Counted from the stretch's first letter, positions 46,689-55,959 are shown. The stretch: 64,000 bases of DNA from an uncultured bacterium (GCA_937861125.1 CALMAY010000038.1:126921-190920); one strand, 5' to 3'. The notes: generated from the sequence alone by a model not told the origin. Program-made: numbers and translations.

Positions 46689-48476
46689 ATGTCTGTCAAA
46701 AAGAAAAATCCAATTTCACATTTGTTTGGCGCAATGTGGAGTATTTCTGATAAAAAAGGAAAACGTGCGATTGTAACGTATCTTTCCATGTTTTTTGTGG
46801 CCAATGCGGTTGAATTGAGTCAACCTTTTGTTGTTGGGTTTTTGTTTAATATGATACAGCAACAAGGAATCACACAGGAAACATATATGAGTGTACTGAT
46901 GTTGTTACTTGCTTTAGTGGTAATGACCCTGCTCGAATGGTTTTTTCACGGACCGGCTCGTGTGATAGAGCAGTCAAATGCATTTCGTGTTTTTAAAAAG
47001 AAAAAAGAGGCACTTATGTCTCATGTGGTATCTCTCCCTCTTGAGTGGCACAGCGATCATCATTCTGGTGATTCAATAGATAAAATTGAAAAAGGAACAC
47101 GGGCACTCTATGACTTTTCTCAGGACACATTCATGGTCTTTAAGAACGGACTTCGTTTTTTGATTGCGTTTGGTGTCCTCGCATATTTTAATATCCATTC
47201 GACGTATATCATACTTGGATTAGTGGTATTGGTGACATACATTATTTTTAAGTTTGATGTACATTTGGAAAAACTGATGGACATTGTGAATAAAGCAGAA
47301 AATACAGTGAGTGCAAAGGTCTATGATATTATTGGAAATATATCCACCATTGTCATGCTTCGTGCACAGAAATCTTCTCTAGAGATACTGTCAGAAGAAA
47401 TTGAAAAACCTTTTGCTACGTTTTTGCGTTGGGTAAAGATAAACGAACTAAAGTGGTTTCTAGTAAGTGTATTTGCCGCATTAACACAGTTTTTTATACT
47501 TGCATCGTATATTATTATGGAGGTTCGTGTTGGTGGTGTTATTTTGGTTGGTACGGTATATTTGTTATATAGTTATGTTCAAGATATTGTCAGTGTATTT
47601 TACAATATTGCGTGGTGGTATAGTGATTTGGTAGTAAAAAGAACAAAACTGGTAAATGCAGAAGAATTGGAACAATATCCAGTACCAGAAGTGTATACAT
47701 CAGATGAGTCTATACAAAAAAACTGGAAAACAGTTTCGCTGCATAATATATCGTTTACTTATAAAGGACAAGAAAAAACAGATGACGCTCGTCACCTCTC
47801 TGATATCTCTTTGCGTTTTTCACGAGGAGAAAAGATTGCTTTTATTGGAGAGAGTGGTAGTGGAAAGACAACAATGCTCAAGATTTTGCGCGGACTCTAT
47901 GATGTAGATAGTGGTACTGTGCAGATAGGAAAAAAAGAGGTACCTGGAGGAATATATGATATTGCACAAATGGTCGCACTTGTTCCGCAGGATCCGGAAA
48001 TTTTTGCTACGACTATTGCGGAAAATATTACCCTCGGACTGCCATATAGTGAAAAAGAGATGAGATATTTTTCTGATTTAGCCCTCTTTACTGCTGTGGC
48101 CGAGCGCTTACCAAGACAGTTCGCTTCAGAGATTAATGAAAAAGGTGTCAATCTGAGTGGGGGAGAGAAACAACGTCTTGCGCTCGCACGTGGTCTGCTT
48201 TTTGCTAAGGATCGTGACATTATACTGCTTGATGAGCCGACGAGTAGTATTGATGCGAAAAATGAGCGACTTATCTATGAAAATATTTTCGAGATGTTCA
48301 AAAAGAAGACGGTGATCTCAACAATTCACCGTCTCCATATGTTACCAATGTTTGATACGATCTATTACTTCAAACGCGGGCATATTATTGCCTCAGGTAC
48401 GTTTACTCAACTACAGAAATCATCCAAAGAGTTTCGTCAATTGTGGCAGAAATACAATAAATCACATAAAGAGTAG
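46689..48476 (+). CDS. ABC exporter, fused permease/ATPase (MsbA-like)
   Basis: Six-TM N-terminal domain. Walker A GESGSGKTT, signature LSGGEKQR, Walker B ILLDEPTS. Confidence 0.9.
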   Translation: MSVKKKNPISHLFGAMWSISDKKGKRAIVTYLSMFFVANAVELSQPFVVGFLFNMIQQQGITQETYMSVLMLLLALVVMTLLEWFFHGPARVIEQSNAFRVFKKKKEALMSHVVSLPLEWHSDHHSGDSIDKIEKGTRALYDFSQDTFMVFKNGLRFLIAFGVLAYFNIHSTYIILGLVVLVTYIIFKFDVHLEKLMDIVNKAENTVSAKVYDIIGNISTIVMLRAQKSSLEILSEEIEKPFATFLRWVKINELKWFLVSVFAALTQFFILASYIIMEVRVGGVILVGTVYLLYSYVQDIVSVFYNIAWWYSDLVVKRTKLVNAEELEQYPVPEVYTSDESIQKNWKTVSLHNISFTYKGQEKTDDARHLSDISLRFSRGEKIAFIGESGSGKTTMLKILRGLYDVDSGTVQIGKKEVPGGIYDIAQMVALVPQDPEIFATTIAENITLGLPYSEKEMRYFSDLALFTAVAERLPRQFASEINEKGVNLSGGEKQRLALARGLLFAKDRDIILLDEPTSSIDAKNERLIYENIFEMFKKKTVISTIHRLHMLPMFDTIYYFKRGHIIASGTFTQLQKSSKEFRQLWQKYNKSHKE

Positions 48477-48486
48477 GAATATGTTC

Positions 48487-49698
48487 CTACTCTTTTGTAC
48501 TAAGGAGTTCACTGAGAAGTGCTTTACCTTTGTCGCTCCACTGTGTCAGGCCTAGGTAATCCGTCTCGAGGATGTAATCAGCAATAGCTTGCTGCTTGGC
48601 TGTAACGTCAGATAATGTTGAGAGGTACGTAGTAAAGAGTGTGTAGTGAATTTCCTCTCGAATCGCTTCATCTTGGATTTGATGCCATACATCATTTTCC
48701 CATGCCCACGCCATAAATTCAGCATCATTCTTTTTTTCTTCAATACTTGCAACAATTTGTGCTTGTATCTCTTCGGTTGTGAGTTGGGTAAAATCTTTTT
48801 TTGAAAGACGACTCGAGATTGGATCAAACATGCGGTGTCGATATTCGTCGAGTGTCGTTGGGTCGTATGCGATATCTTGGACTGCATAAAATGGTTTCAT
48901 GGCAAGTGTGATCCTCTCTGGTTTTGTCGAGAGCTCCATAGCAATGAGTGCATCGATAATCTGCTGTGTTTGGGAAAACGAGAGGTCAGTTTCAATAATG
49001 TTGTAGATCAAATACTGAAGCGGTGTATCGATGGCAGAATCTTGCGCTGGAAGATAGTCAACAAGCATCTTTTTTAAGAATGTCGAATGGTTGTGCGCGC
49101 GTTGTGGTTCGCCGATAGCGTATCCCTGACGATGACGTAGCCATTCGAGCGTTTCAACGGTTGGTAGTTTGAGTGTGCGAAACACACCAAGTGCTTCAGA
49201 AAAACCAACAAAGACAAGGTAGTCAGCCTGTTGACCTAGTATAGATTCAATCTGTTTGATCCCGTATTCAATACCACCAAGTCCGCATGCGTTTGAGACA
49301 TAGTAGTCACTTGATGTCGTTCCTTTACCTGGTGGAAGTGGGGAGTAGGTGCCACGCGGTACCGCAGTAATATTCACTGTATTGGTTTCTTTGTTTATTT
49401 CAAATAGTTGTATCGCGTCGCAGTGTGCACTCGTTTGCCCTACTCGTTTGTCGAGCCCAATGAGGAGAACATGAACGATATTGTCATCACCAAATGGATC
49501 TGCATCATTTTCTTGGTTTGCAGCATCGAGTCGTGTTTGGATAAATTGTGTGACCTCTTGCTCTTGTCGTTCTTTTTCTCTACGCTCTTCTCTTTTGGCG
49601 TGAAATTCTAGTGCTGCTTTGATAGAAAAAAAGAGAATGACAAATAACAAGATTATTCCTAGTGTATCTCGAATAGTTTTGCGTGTTGGTATTCGCAT
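48487..49698 (-). CDS. LytR-CpsA-Psr (LCP) family protein with C-terminal extension
   Basis: TM anchor. VLLIGLDKR...HCDAIQLFEINKETNTVNITAVPRGTY resembles the LCP core. Confidence 0.6.
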   Translation of the reverse strand: MRIPTRKTIRDTLGIILLFVILFFSIKAALEFHAKREERREKERQEQEVTQFIQTRLDAANQENDADPFGDDNIVHVLLIGLDKRVGQTSAHCDAIQLFEINKETNTVNITAVPRGTYSPLPPGKGTTSSDYYVSNACGLGGIEYGIKQIESILGQQADYLVFVGFSEALGVFRTLKLPTVETLEWLRHRQGYAIGEPQRAHNHSTFLKKMLVDYLPAQDSAIDTPLQYLIYNIIETDLSFSQTQQIIDALIAMELSTKPERITLAMKPFYAVQDIAYDPTTLDEYRHRMFDPISSRLSKKDFTQLTTEEIQAQIVASIEEKKNDAEFMAWAWENDVWHQIQDEAIREEIHYTLFTTYLSTLSDVTAKQQAIADYILETDYLGLTQWSDKGKALLSELLSTKE

Positions 49699-49733
49699 AT
49701 TAATCTTAATCTCAATCTTAGTATTTTTTTATC

Positions 49734-51425
49734 TTACAAATCTTTCACCATGTATGTCCCTTGTTTTGTATATCCGAGTTTTTCATAATATCCGCGCACA
49801 CCGACACCTGATATAATTGCTACTTTTGAAAAGTTATGTTTTTTGGCGATTTCTTCTGCGGCTGCCACAAGCGCTTTACCAAGTCCTGTATGCTGGGTTG
49901 AAAGTTCTGCACGTTGTCCGATCTTTACTAGTTTACCATAGACGTGTAGTTCACGCACAAATGCAGCCTGCTGTAATTCTGGAAAGAGTGCGAGCAATGG
50001 TTCGTTTTGGGTATGAGGAATACGTAGGCGTAAAAATCCATAGACGGCAAGTCGCTTTGGGTCTTCATAACTGAGGAAATATTCTGTGCCACCACGTGTG
50101 GTGTATTCTTCGACAAAAAGCTGTGGTTCTGCTGTTGACTCTATTTTTTTGAGTTGTCGCCCGATTTCACGGCAACGCAAACAGACACATTTTTCTCCAC
50201 GTGCGTGTAATTCTTTTTCGAGCGCTTCACGCAAGTTGGTGATTTTGTTTCCTGCTTCAATATCAGTTTCTGGAATATCACGAATCAGGCGTGAGATACG
50301 GCAATAATATGGTGTTGCTTTTTTCATCTCGAGTAGTGCGTGAAACAACCCTTCGGCTCCGTATGGTTTGTATCGTCCGTCAAGTAACCACTGATAGAGC
50401 TCCGCACTTTTGATCACGGTATTTGGGTAAATCTTTACCATGTCTGGTTTGAGTCCTTCATCAGAGAAAATACTTTTGTACATTTCGATATCGTGTTCTG
50501 GGGTTGTACCAGGCAGGTCAGGCATGAAGTGTAGGTCAACCTTGAACCCAACATCACGCAGAAGGTGCATTGCTTTGCGGAATTGTTCGGTTGTGTGTCC
50601 GCGTTTGATGAGCTCGAGGATTTTGTCATCAGGTGCTTGGAGACCCAGCTCAATACGAGTGCATCCTTGTCGACGCATGTGCAAAATTGTTTTTGGGGCG
50701 ATGGCGTCTGGGCGGGTTTCGAGTGTCAGACCGATGATACGATGTTTGGCAGTCTCATTAAACGTTTGTTCAACATCAAGGAGTTCTTGCATCTGTTCAA
50801 TCGTGTTGGTACTAAAGACAGCTTCGTCTAATGGACCGAGAGGAATCTCGCGAGCGAGATCATTCGCCGCTTTGAAACTCTCGTAGATAAACCAGTATTG
50901 ATATTTGAGTGGGTAGGCGTTCCAAGTGCCACCTTTGATAATGTATTCAATTTTATCGCATGCATGTCCATTGCGTTCGAGCATGGCAATACGTTGTCGC
51001 ATTTGTTCGTATGGACTAAAATCAAGACGGAGTGCGCGTGCTGCGGCTGGTTCGTTGGCGAGGTAGCTTTTTGGCATGCGGGCTTCTGTCGGACAGTAGA
51101 CGCACTTGCCAGGGCAGAGATATGGTTTAATCAGTGAGGTGATGACGGCGATACCAGAGATGTTACGCACATCTGCTTTGGTCATGAAACGCATGAGTAT
51201 TTCGTCTTTTTCTACTCTTCCATTTTCTACCATTTTCTGATATGCTCCAATCAATATGTTGTTGGCAGGTTGGTTGATACCAATATCACCGCAGATAATG
51301 CGGCGTGCGTCGTCAAATTCAGCTCGAGAAGTTGGTTTTGCGCTAATAATAGCCAAAAGTACCGTTTCTAAGTCTGCTTGTGTGTATTCATGAGAATGAT
51401 CCATATATGGAGAATATCCATCCAC
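49734..51425 (-). CDS. elp3: Elp3 homologue (radical-SAM + GNAT tRNA U34 carboxymethyl-modifying enzyme)
   Basis: Radical-SAM cluster motif CPGKCVYCP. C-terminal GNAT QHTGLGKALVAAAEEIAKK. Length 563 aa. Alternative ATG at 51404. Confidence 0.85.
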   Translation of the reverse strand: MDGYSPYMDHSHEYTQADLETVLLAIISAKPTSRAEFDDARRIICGDIGINQPANNILIGAYQKMVENGRVEKDEILMRFMTKADVRNISGIAVITSLIKPYLCPGKCVYCPTEARMPKSYLANEPAAARALRLDFSPYEQMRQRIAMLERNGHACDKIEYIIKGGTWNAYPLKYQYWFIYESFKAANDLAREIPLGPLDEAVFSTNTIEQMQELLDVEQTFNETAKHRIIGLTLETRPDAIAPKTILHMRRQGCTRIELGLQAPDDKILELIKRGHTTEQFRKAMHLLRDVGFKVDLHFMPDLPGTTPEHDIEMYKSIFSDEGLKPDMVKIYPNTVIKSAELYQWLLDGRYKPYGAEGLFHALLEMKKATPYYCRISRLIRDIPETDIEAGNKITNLREALEKELHARGEKCVCLRCREIGRQLKKIESTAEPQLFVEEYTTRGGTEYFLSYEDPKRLAVYGFLRLRIPHTQNEPLLALFPELQQAAFVRELHVYGKLVKIGQRAELSTQHTGLGKALVAAAEEIAKKHNFSKVAIISGVGVRGYYEKLGYTKQGTYMVKDL

Positions 51426-52090
51426 TTATAGCACAGAATAAGAAAATTTACAATACTATCGCCTCACATTTTGCGCAGACTCGTGAATATCCCTGGGATG
51501 AGCTCGAGCCGTTTGCTGATTTGGTTCAGCCTGGACAGACGGTGGCTGATATCGGATGTGGCAATGGGCGCGTGTTTCGGCTTTTTTCGGACAAAGATAT
51601 TCGCTATATTGGCGTTGATCAAAGTGAGGGATTAATCGCGATTGCACAGCATGATTTTCCGGCAGGCACATGGATGGTGGGTGAGATGAGTCATATTCCA
51701 CTTGAGGATGAGAGTTGTGATCTCGTGATGTGTGTTGCTGCACTCCAGCACATGCCCACACCTGAGTTACGCCTGCAGGCGATGAAAGAATTGGCTCGAA
51801 TTACCAAACCGGGGAGTTATATTTGTCTGACCAATTGGAATCTATATTCTACAACCGCTTCCAAACGTCATCCTGCATTTGCGCCAGGAGACTTTATGAT
51901 TCCTTGGAAAGATTCGGTGACGGGTGAGAGTCTGGGCGATCGGTACTACCATGGTTTTACGATGGAAGAGTTATCTGGTCTCGCGACAGGGGCAGGGCTT
52001 ACCGTTATTGAACAGTATTTTATTGCGGCGCATGGGGAGAGACCGGGGATTGATAAGGGGAGGAATATTGTGACGGTTTTGAGGAAATAA
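51407..52090 (+). CDS. Trm9/ALKBH8-like class I SAM-dependent methyltransferase
   Basis: IYNTIASHFAQTREYPW, DIGCGNGR, VDQSEGLI, AALQHM, DFMIPW, RYYHGFTMEEL. Colinear with the yeast Trm9 signature. Confidence 0.7.
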   Translation: MENIHPLIAQNKKIYNTIASHFAQTREYPWDELEPFADLVQPGQTVADIGCGNGRVFRLFSDKDIRYIGVDQSEGLIAIAQHDFPAGTWMVGEMSHIPLEDESCDLVMCVAALQHMPTPELRLQAMKELARITKPGSYICLTNWNLYSTTASKRHPAFAPGDFMIPWKDSVTGESLGDRYYHGFTMEELSGLATGAGLTVIEQYFIAAHGERPGIDKGRNIVTVLRK

Positions 52091-52106
52091 GTGGTGTTTT
52101 TATAGT

Positions 52107-52703
52107 ATGTCTCGAAAAATTATTTCTACAGATGAACAAATACAGAAAATATCGAAATTACAAAAGCTTGCAAATGAAGCCGTAAAATCAAAAGAAATAA
52201 TAGAGCGTTTAGGAGGAATTACAGTATATGCAGGTATAGCAGATTATCTTGCTGTGCAATCAGCTCGTTTGTTGGAGCAAATTATCTTGAAGTCCGAATT
52301 ATCTCAACACAAACAACCGTCTTTCCAGCCAAAAGATGATAGTTATTTTTATGATAAAAGAGTAAGTACCAGATCTATTGTTAAGGAAATCAGAAGATTT
52401 CTTCCTGTTTCTGTGTGTGATGGGTCTCTGCACGATATTCAGAGAGTAAACGAAGTTGTAGAAATCTATCTATGTGCTACAGAAGATTTTTTGGATTATC
52501 GCAATGCCTTACTTCATCATATGTGCAGTCCTAAGACTACAGAAATAAGCATATCTGATTTAATTGAAAAAACAATTACCTCTTTTGTAAAAATGAGACA
52601 ATCTCATCAGAATTTTTTTGAAACCTGGGGTCCTTATAGATTTGGGCTAAATGAAATGGAATATTTTTATGGAAATAAACAAAATGGCACTAATGGGGGC
52701 TAG
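52107..52703 (+). CDS. Hypothetical protein with possible HEPN-type R-x4-H motif
   Basis: All-helical-looking 198-aa ORF in an AT-rich stretch. DYRNALLHH fits Rx4H. No other family signal. Confidence 0.4.
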   Translation: MSRKIISTDEQIQKISKLQKLANEAVKSKEIIERLGGITVYAGIADYLAVQSARLLEQIILKSELSQHKQPSFQPKDDSYFYDKRVSTRSIVKEIRRFLPVSVCDGSLHDIQRVNEVVEIYLCATEDFLDYRNALLHHMCSPKTTEISISDLIEKTITSFVKMRQSHQNFFETWGPYRFGLNEMEYFYGNKQNGTNGG

Positions 52704-52735
52704 TGCTATTTTGTGTGTAATTTTACTCAAGATTT

Positions 52736-53647
52736 TTATCTTCCGCACACCAAACACACAACCGCACCACTCGGAACAAAACCGCTCGCAAGGGCGGTTT
52801 TTAGTCCTGCGAGTGCGAGTGCGCCGTTGCCTGTGGCTTCGATTTTTTCAGTTTTGAGAAGATCAATTGCTTCTTGAATTGTTTGTTCTGTTGGGATCCA
52901 AGCGACGCCACCAGAAGATTGTACATATTTTTTTACTTCGCTCGAGCGGTAGGCGATTTTGTCGACGATGGCGGAGGCGAGTGATGTTGTAACTCCTCTC
53001 TGTCCCTCCTCTACGAGAGGAGGGGACGTTCTGAGGGTGTCCGCGATGGGGTGACAGGCTAGTGTTTGTACGATGTGAATCTGTGGATTGATTTCAGTGG
53101 TTTCAAATCCTGTGGCGATACCTTCTGCAGTGGTGCCAGATGAGACGGGGATAAATACGGCACTGAGATTTGGAATATGTGAGAGTTCGTGTGCTAGCTC
53201 GTGATAGCCAAAGAGTGCACTATCATCAGTAGATTGACGCAGGAGTGTGGCGTTTTTTTCTTTGGCGAACTGAGTAGAGGATTGGAGCGGGCGTTCGACT
53301 TGTTCGACAGTAATCGGTAATTGGTGGTTGGTAATGAGGGATGTGATGGTGTGTAGTTTGTGCTCATCGACGTGCTGTCCTACAAAGACAGTTAGTGAAA
53401 TTTGAGAGTCTGGGTTGTTTTCATTATGAATTTTGACAGAGTGAATCGCTGCAATCGCCGCATTACCTGAACTCGATATCACAAACTCACGTACACCATC
53501 GCGGGTGTAGTTTTTGATCATATGGGGGATACTGCGACCCTTGTGTGAGCCATATGGGTCTAGGAGATCTTCTCGTTTGATGTAGAGCTCCACAGTGAGT
53601 CCTAGAGCCTGTGCGAGGTTTGGGTGAGGGAGTTGTGGGGTCTTCAT
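52736..53647 (-). CDS. Fold-type II PLP-dependent enzyme (threonine synthase / Trp-synthase-beta superfamily)
   Basis: PYGSHKGRS (PLP lysine region, cf. SFKDRG), SSSGNAAIA, PVSSGTTAEG. Confidence 0.7.
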   Translation of the reverse strand: MKTPQLPHPNLAQALGLTVELYIKREDLLDPYGSHKGRSIPHMIKNYTRDGVREFVISSSGNAAIAAIHSVKIHNENNPDSQISLTVFVGQHVDEHKLHTITSLITNHQLPITVEQVERPLQSSTQFAKEKNATLLRQSTDDSALFGYHELAHELSHIPNLSAVFIPVSSGTTAEGIATGFETTEINPQIHIVQTLACHPIADTLRTSPPLVEEGQRGVTTSLASAIVDKIAYRSSEVKKYVQSSGGVAWIPTEQTIQEAIDLLKTEKIEATGNGALALAGLKTALASGFVPSGAVVCLVCGR

Positions 53648-53666
53648 ACAGAATACAATACTACAC

Positions 53667-53695
53667 TTGATTTTTGAGTGAAAATGTGCTATACT
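53667..53695 (+). promoter_or_regulatory. Sigma-70-like promoter upstream of the LysW-like ORF
   Basis: TTGATT, 17 nt, TATACT with upstream TGTGc. Confidence 0.55.
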
Positions 53696-53744
53696 ACTTC
53701 TTGTCTTTAAAAACTGTCTACTTTATAACTTTTTACTTGTTTAT

Positions 53745-53909
53745 ATGAATCTTACTTGCCCTGAGTGTAAAAATCAAGTTGATCTCTCTCGTTTCCCAAA
53801 CCTCGCCGTTGGTCATACAATTGAGTGCAATCACTGTGGTATTATGCTCGCTGTCACTGCGATTGATGGAGACACTGTGTCTGCTGAGATTGTGGATGAG
53901 GGAAAATAA
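53745..53909 (+). CDS. 54-aa zinc-ribbon protein, LysW/ArgW amino-group-carrier-like (below the ORF-track cutoff)
   Basis: MNLTCPECKNQVDL...IECNHCGIMLAVTAIDGDTVSAEIVDEGK. Two CxxC pairs and an acidic tail, colinear with LysW (CPECG...C.DCG..LEV). The tail ends DEGK rather than EDWGE. Confidence 0.45.
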   Translation: MNLTCPECKNQVDLSRFPNLAVGHTIECNHCGIMLAVTAIDGDTVSAEIVDEGK

Positions 53910-54455
53910 TTATCCAAAAATCTCATCTCTGAACACCTTCAAGGTGTTCTTTTTTTTCATTTGAAATACAGATAAACTAAATTCTTTACAACCGAATCCT
54001 TCGCTGGTTGCAATGTCGATAAAGTCATCAAACGAATACCACTGCACTTGTACTTTTTCTCCAGCACCTGGATTTGGTATGGCTGTTTGTTTACACTGTT
54101 TTGCGAGATACAAGTATACATGCCAATCAATTTTGCTATATGGTTTGTATGATTGAAGTTGTTTCCATTGCTTTGATGTAAGTCCTGATTCTTCAATCAA
54201 TTCTCTTTTTGCTCCCTGAAGTGGTGTTTCTCCTTCATCTTGTCTTCCTCCCAAGAGAGTGATGAATTTTCCTTTTGTTGGTTGCTGTTCATGTGAAATA
54301 CCAATCTTTTTTCCGATAGTTGGGAGTACTTGCAGTGTATTTGGACGTGAGAGCATTTCAAATGTGGCAGTACTGCCATCGTAGAGTTTCTGCTCCCACT
54401 GATAGACGTCAAAGATAATGCCTGAGAATACTTGTTTTGCGTTTTTTGGAATCAT
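53910..54455 (-). CDS. Nudix hydrolase (ADP-ribose pyrophosphatase-like)
   Basis: Nudix box GGRQDEGETPLQGAKRELIEESGL. Confidence 0.8.
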   Translation of the reverse strand: MIPKNAKQVFSGIIFDVYQWEQKLYDGSTATFEMLSRPNTLQVLPTIGKKIGISHEQQPTKGKFITLLGGRQDEGETPLQGAKRELIEESGLTSKQWKQLQSYKPYSKIDWHVYLYLAKQCKQTAIPNPGAGEKVQVQWYSFDDFIDIATSEGFGCKEFSLSVFQMKKKNTLKVFRDEIFG

Positions 54456-54463
54456 ATAACAAT

Positions 54464-54584
54464 GTTATTCCGAACCGCACCAAGTGGGTGAGGAATCGCT
54501 TTCTTAAATATGTTTTAGCTAGAACGAAGTGAAAAGAGATGATGCGACTTGCGAAAGTGATCCCTCGGCTACGCTCGGGATGAC
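54464..54584 (+). repeat. 121-nt structured dispersed repeat, copy B (arms Y ... X')
   Basis: GTTATTCCGA...TCGGGATGAC termini (two G-U pairs on the plus-strand RNA). Core AGCTAGAACGAAGTGAAAAGA. The right arm is the near-exact reverse complement of the copy-A left arm. Confidence 0.85.
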
Positions 54585-55951
54585 AGGTGGGAAACTAACT
54601 CATCAATCATCCCTCGAAATCCATGCGACCCAAGAAAGACGACACAATCACCAGTGTTTGTCTCTGAGAGTATTGTCTCAACTACCTGTGTATCATCTTC
54701 AATATAACGAACACCACTATGTGTCTGCGCAATCACCTCAGTGAGTCGCACACCATCAAACGGAGGACTCATATCATCTGCTGCGATTTTTACCGCTGTG
54801 AGTTTGGGGATAATGACTGTATCAGCATTGGCAAATGCATCGGCATATTGTGGCACTGCTTCTTCTTTGCGGTTGCCTGTGTTTGGTTCGTATACAGCGA
54901 TAATTTTTCCGCTATATAGTTCACGCAATGTTTTGAGTGATGATGCTGCTTTGGTCGGAGAGTGGGCAATATCGTCAAAGATGGTGATGTCACCTTCAAA
55001 CCGTTTTTGTAAACGTCGAGCGATGCCTGGGAATGAAGTAATACTTGATTGAATTTGTTCCAGAGTGAGTCCGATTTCAAGTGCGAGTGTCGCACATGCT
55101 GCGATGTTATCGGCCATGTATGTGCCGATGAGTGTGCTGCGTAGCTCGATAGTGTCTGTCGGTGTGTGAAGTGAAAAGCTGATACCATCTTTTGTCCCGA
55201 CAATATCTGAGTAGGTGTACTCTGCGCCTGTTTCTCCATATCGTACAACACGACACTGTGCGTGTGAGATGATAGACTCTGGCACACGAGTAGATGCGAC
55301 GATGAGCCCATCTGCTGGGACACTTGCAACAAGTTTCTGAAATACCTCAATGTACGCTGCCTCTGTCGGGTAGACGTCCATATGATCCCACACAGTTGCA
55401 GTGAGGAGGAGGTGTGTTGGTTTGTAGTGATTGAATTTTGGTCCATTGTCCCAACGTGAAGTTTTATATTCATCACCCTCGACGACGCTCCATGTCGCTG
55501 TATCACTGATCTGTGCAGAGGGAAATGTAGTGTCACTGCAAAGTCCACCAAACATATAGTTTGGATGCATACCAGATTTTTCGAGGATCCAGCTCATGAT
55601 CGTGGCAGTAGAAGTTTTGCCAAATGTACCTGCGCAGACGATGGAGTGTGGTGCAATCAAATATTTCGCAATCAATTCTGGATATGAAACGTAAGGGAGT
55701 TTTTTTTCTTGGACGTAGAGCCACTCTGGATTGGTACTCCCAGCGACATTTCCAACCACGACCAAATCAGGTGTACCCATCTTTTCTGGATGCCAGCCTG
55801 GATAGTAGTTGACTCCTGCATCTTTGAGATGAGTAGAAACTGGCGGATAAAAACCCACATCACTGCCAGTGACAGTATGTCCGTTTTTGTGTAGTGCGAT
55901 GGCGAGTGCGCTCATGCCGACGCCGCAGATGCCGATGAAGTGGGTATGCAT
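54569..55951 (-). CDS. mpl: Mur ligase, Mpl-type (UDP-MurNAc:L-Ala-gamma-D-Glu-Dap ligase-like; could function as MurC)
   Basis: HFIGICGVGMSALA..GHTVTGSDVGFYPPVSTHL, GTFGKTSTATIMSW, EGDEYKTSRWDNGPKFNHY, colinear with E. coli Mpl. The last codons (SSRA-stop) lie in the repeat. Confidence 0.75.
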   Translation of the reverse strand: MHTHFIGICGVGMSALAIALHKNGHTVTGSDVGFYPPVSTHLKDAGVNYYPGWHPEKMGTPDLVVVGNVAGSTNPEWLYVQEKKLPYVSYPELIAKYLIAPHSIVCAGTFGKTSTATIMSWILEKSGMHPNYMFGGLCSDTTFPSAQISDTATWSVVEGDEYKTSRWDNGPKFNHYKPTHLLLTATVWDHMDVYPTEAAYIEVFQKLVASVPADGLIVASTRVPESIISHAQCRVVRYGETGAEYTYSDIVGTKDGISFSLHTPTDTIELRSTLIGTYMADNIAACATLALEIGLTLEQIQSSITSFPGIARRLQKRFEGDITIFDDIAHSPTKAASSLKTLRELYSGKIIAVYEPNTGNRKEEAVPQYADAFANADTVIIPKLTAVKIAADDMSPPFDGVRLTEVIAQTHSGVRYIEDDTQVVETILSETNTGDCVVFLGSHGFRGMIDELVSHLSSRA

Positions 55952-55959
55952 ATTTAAAA

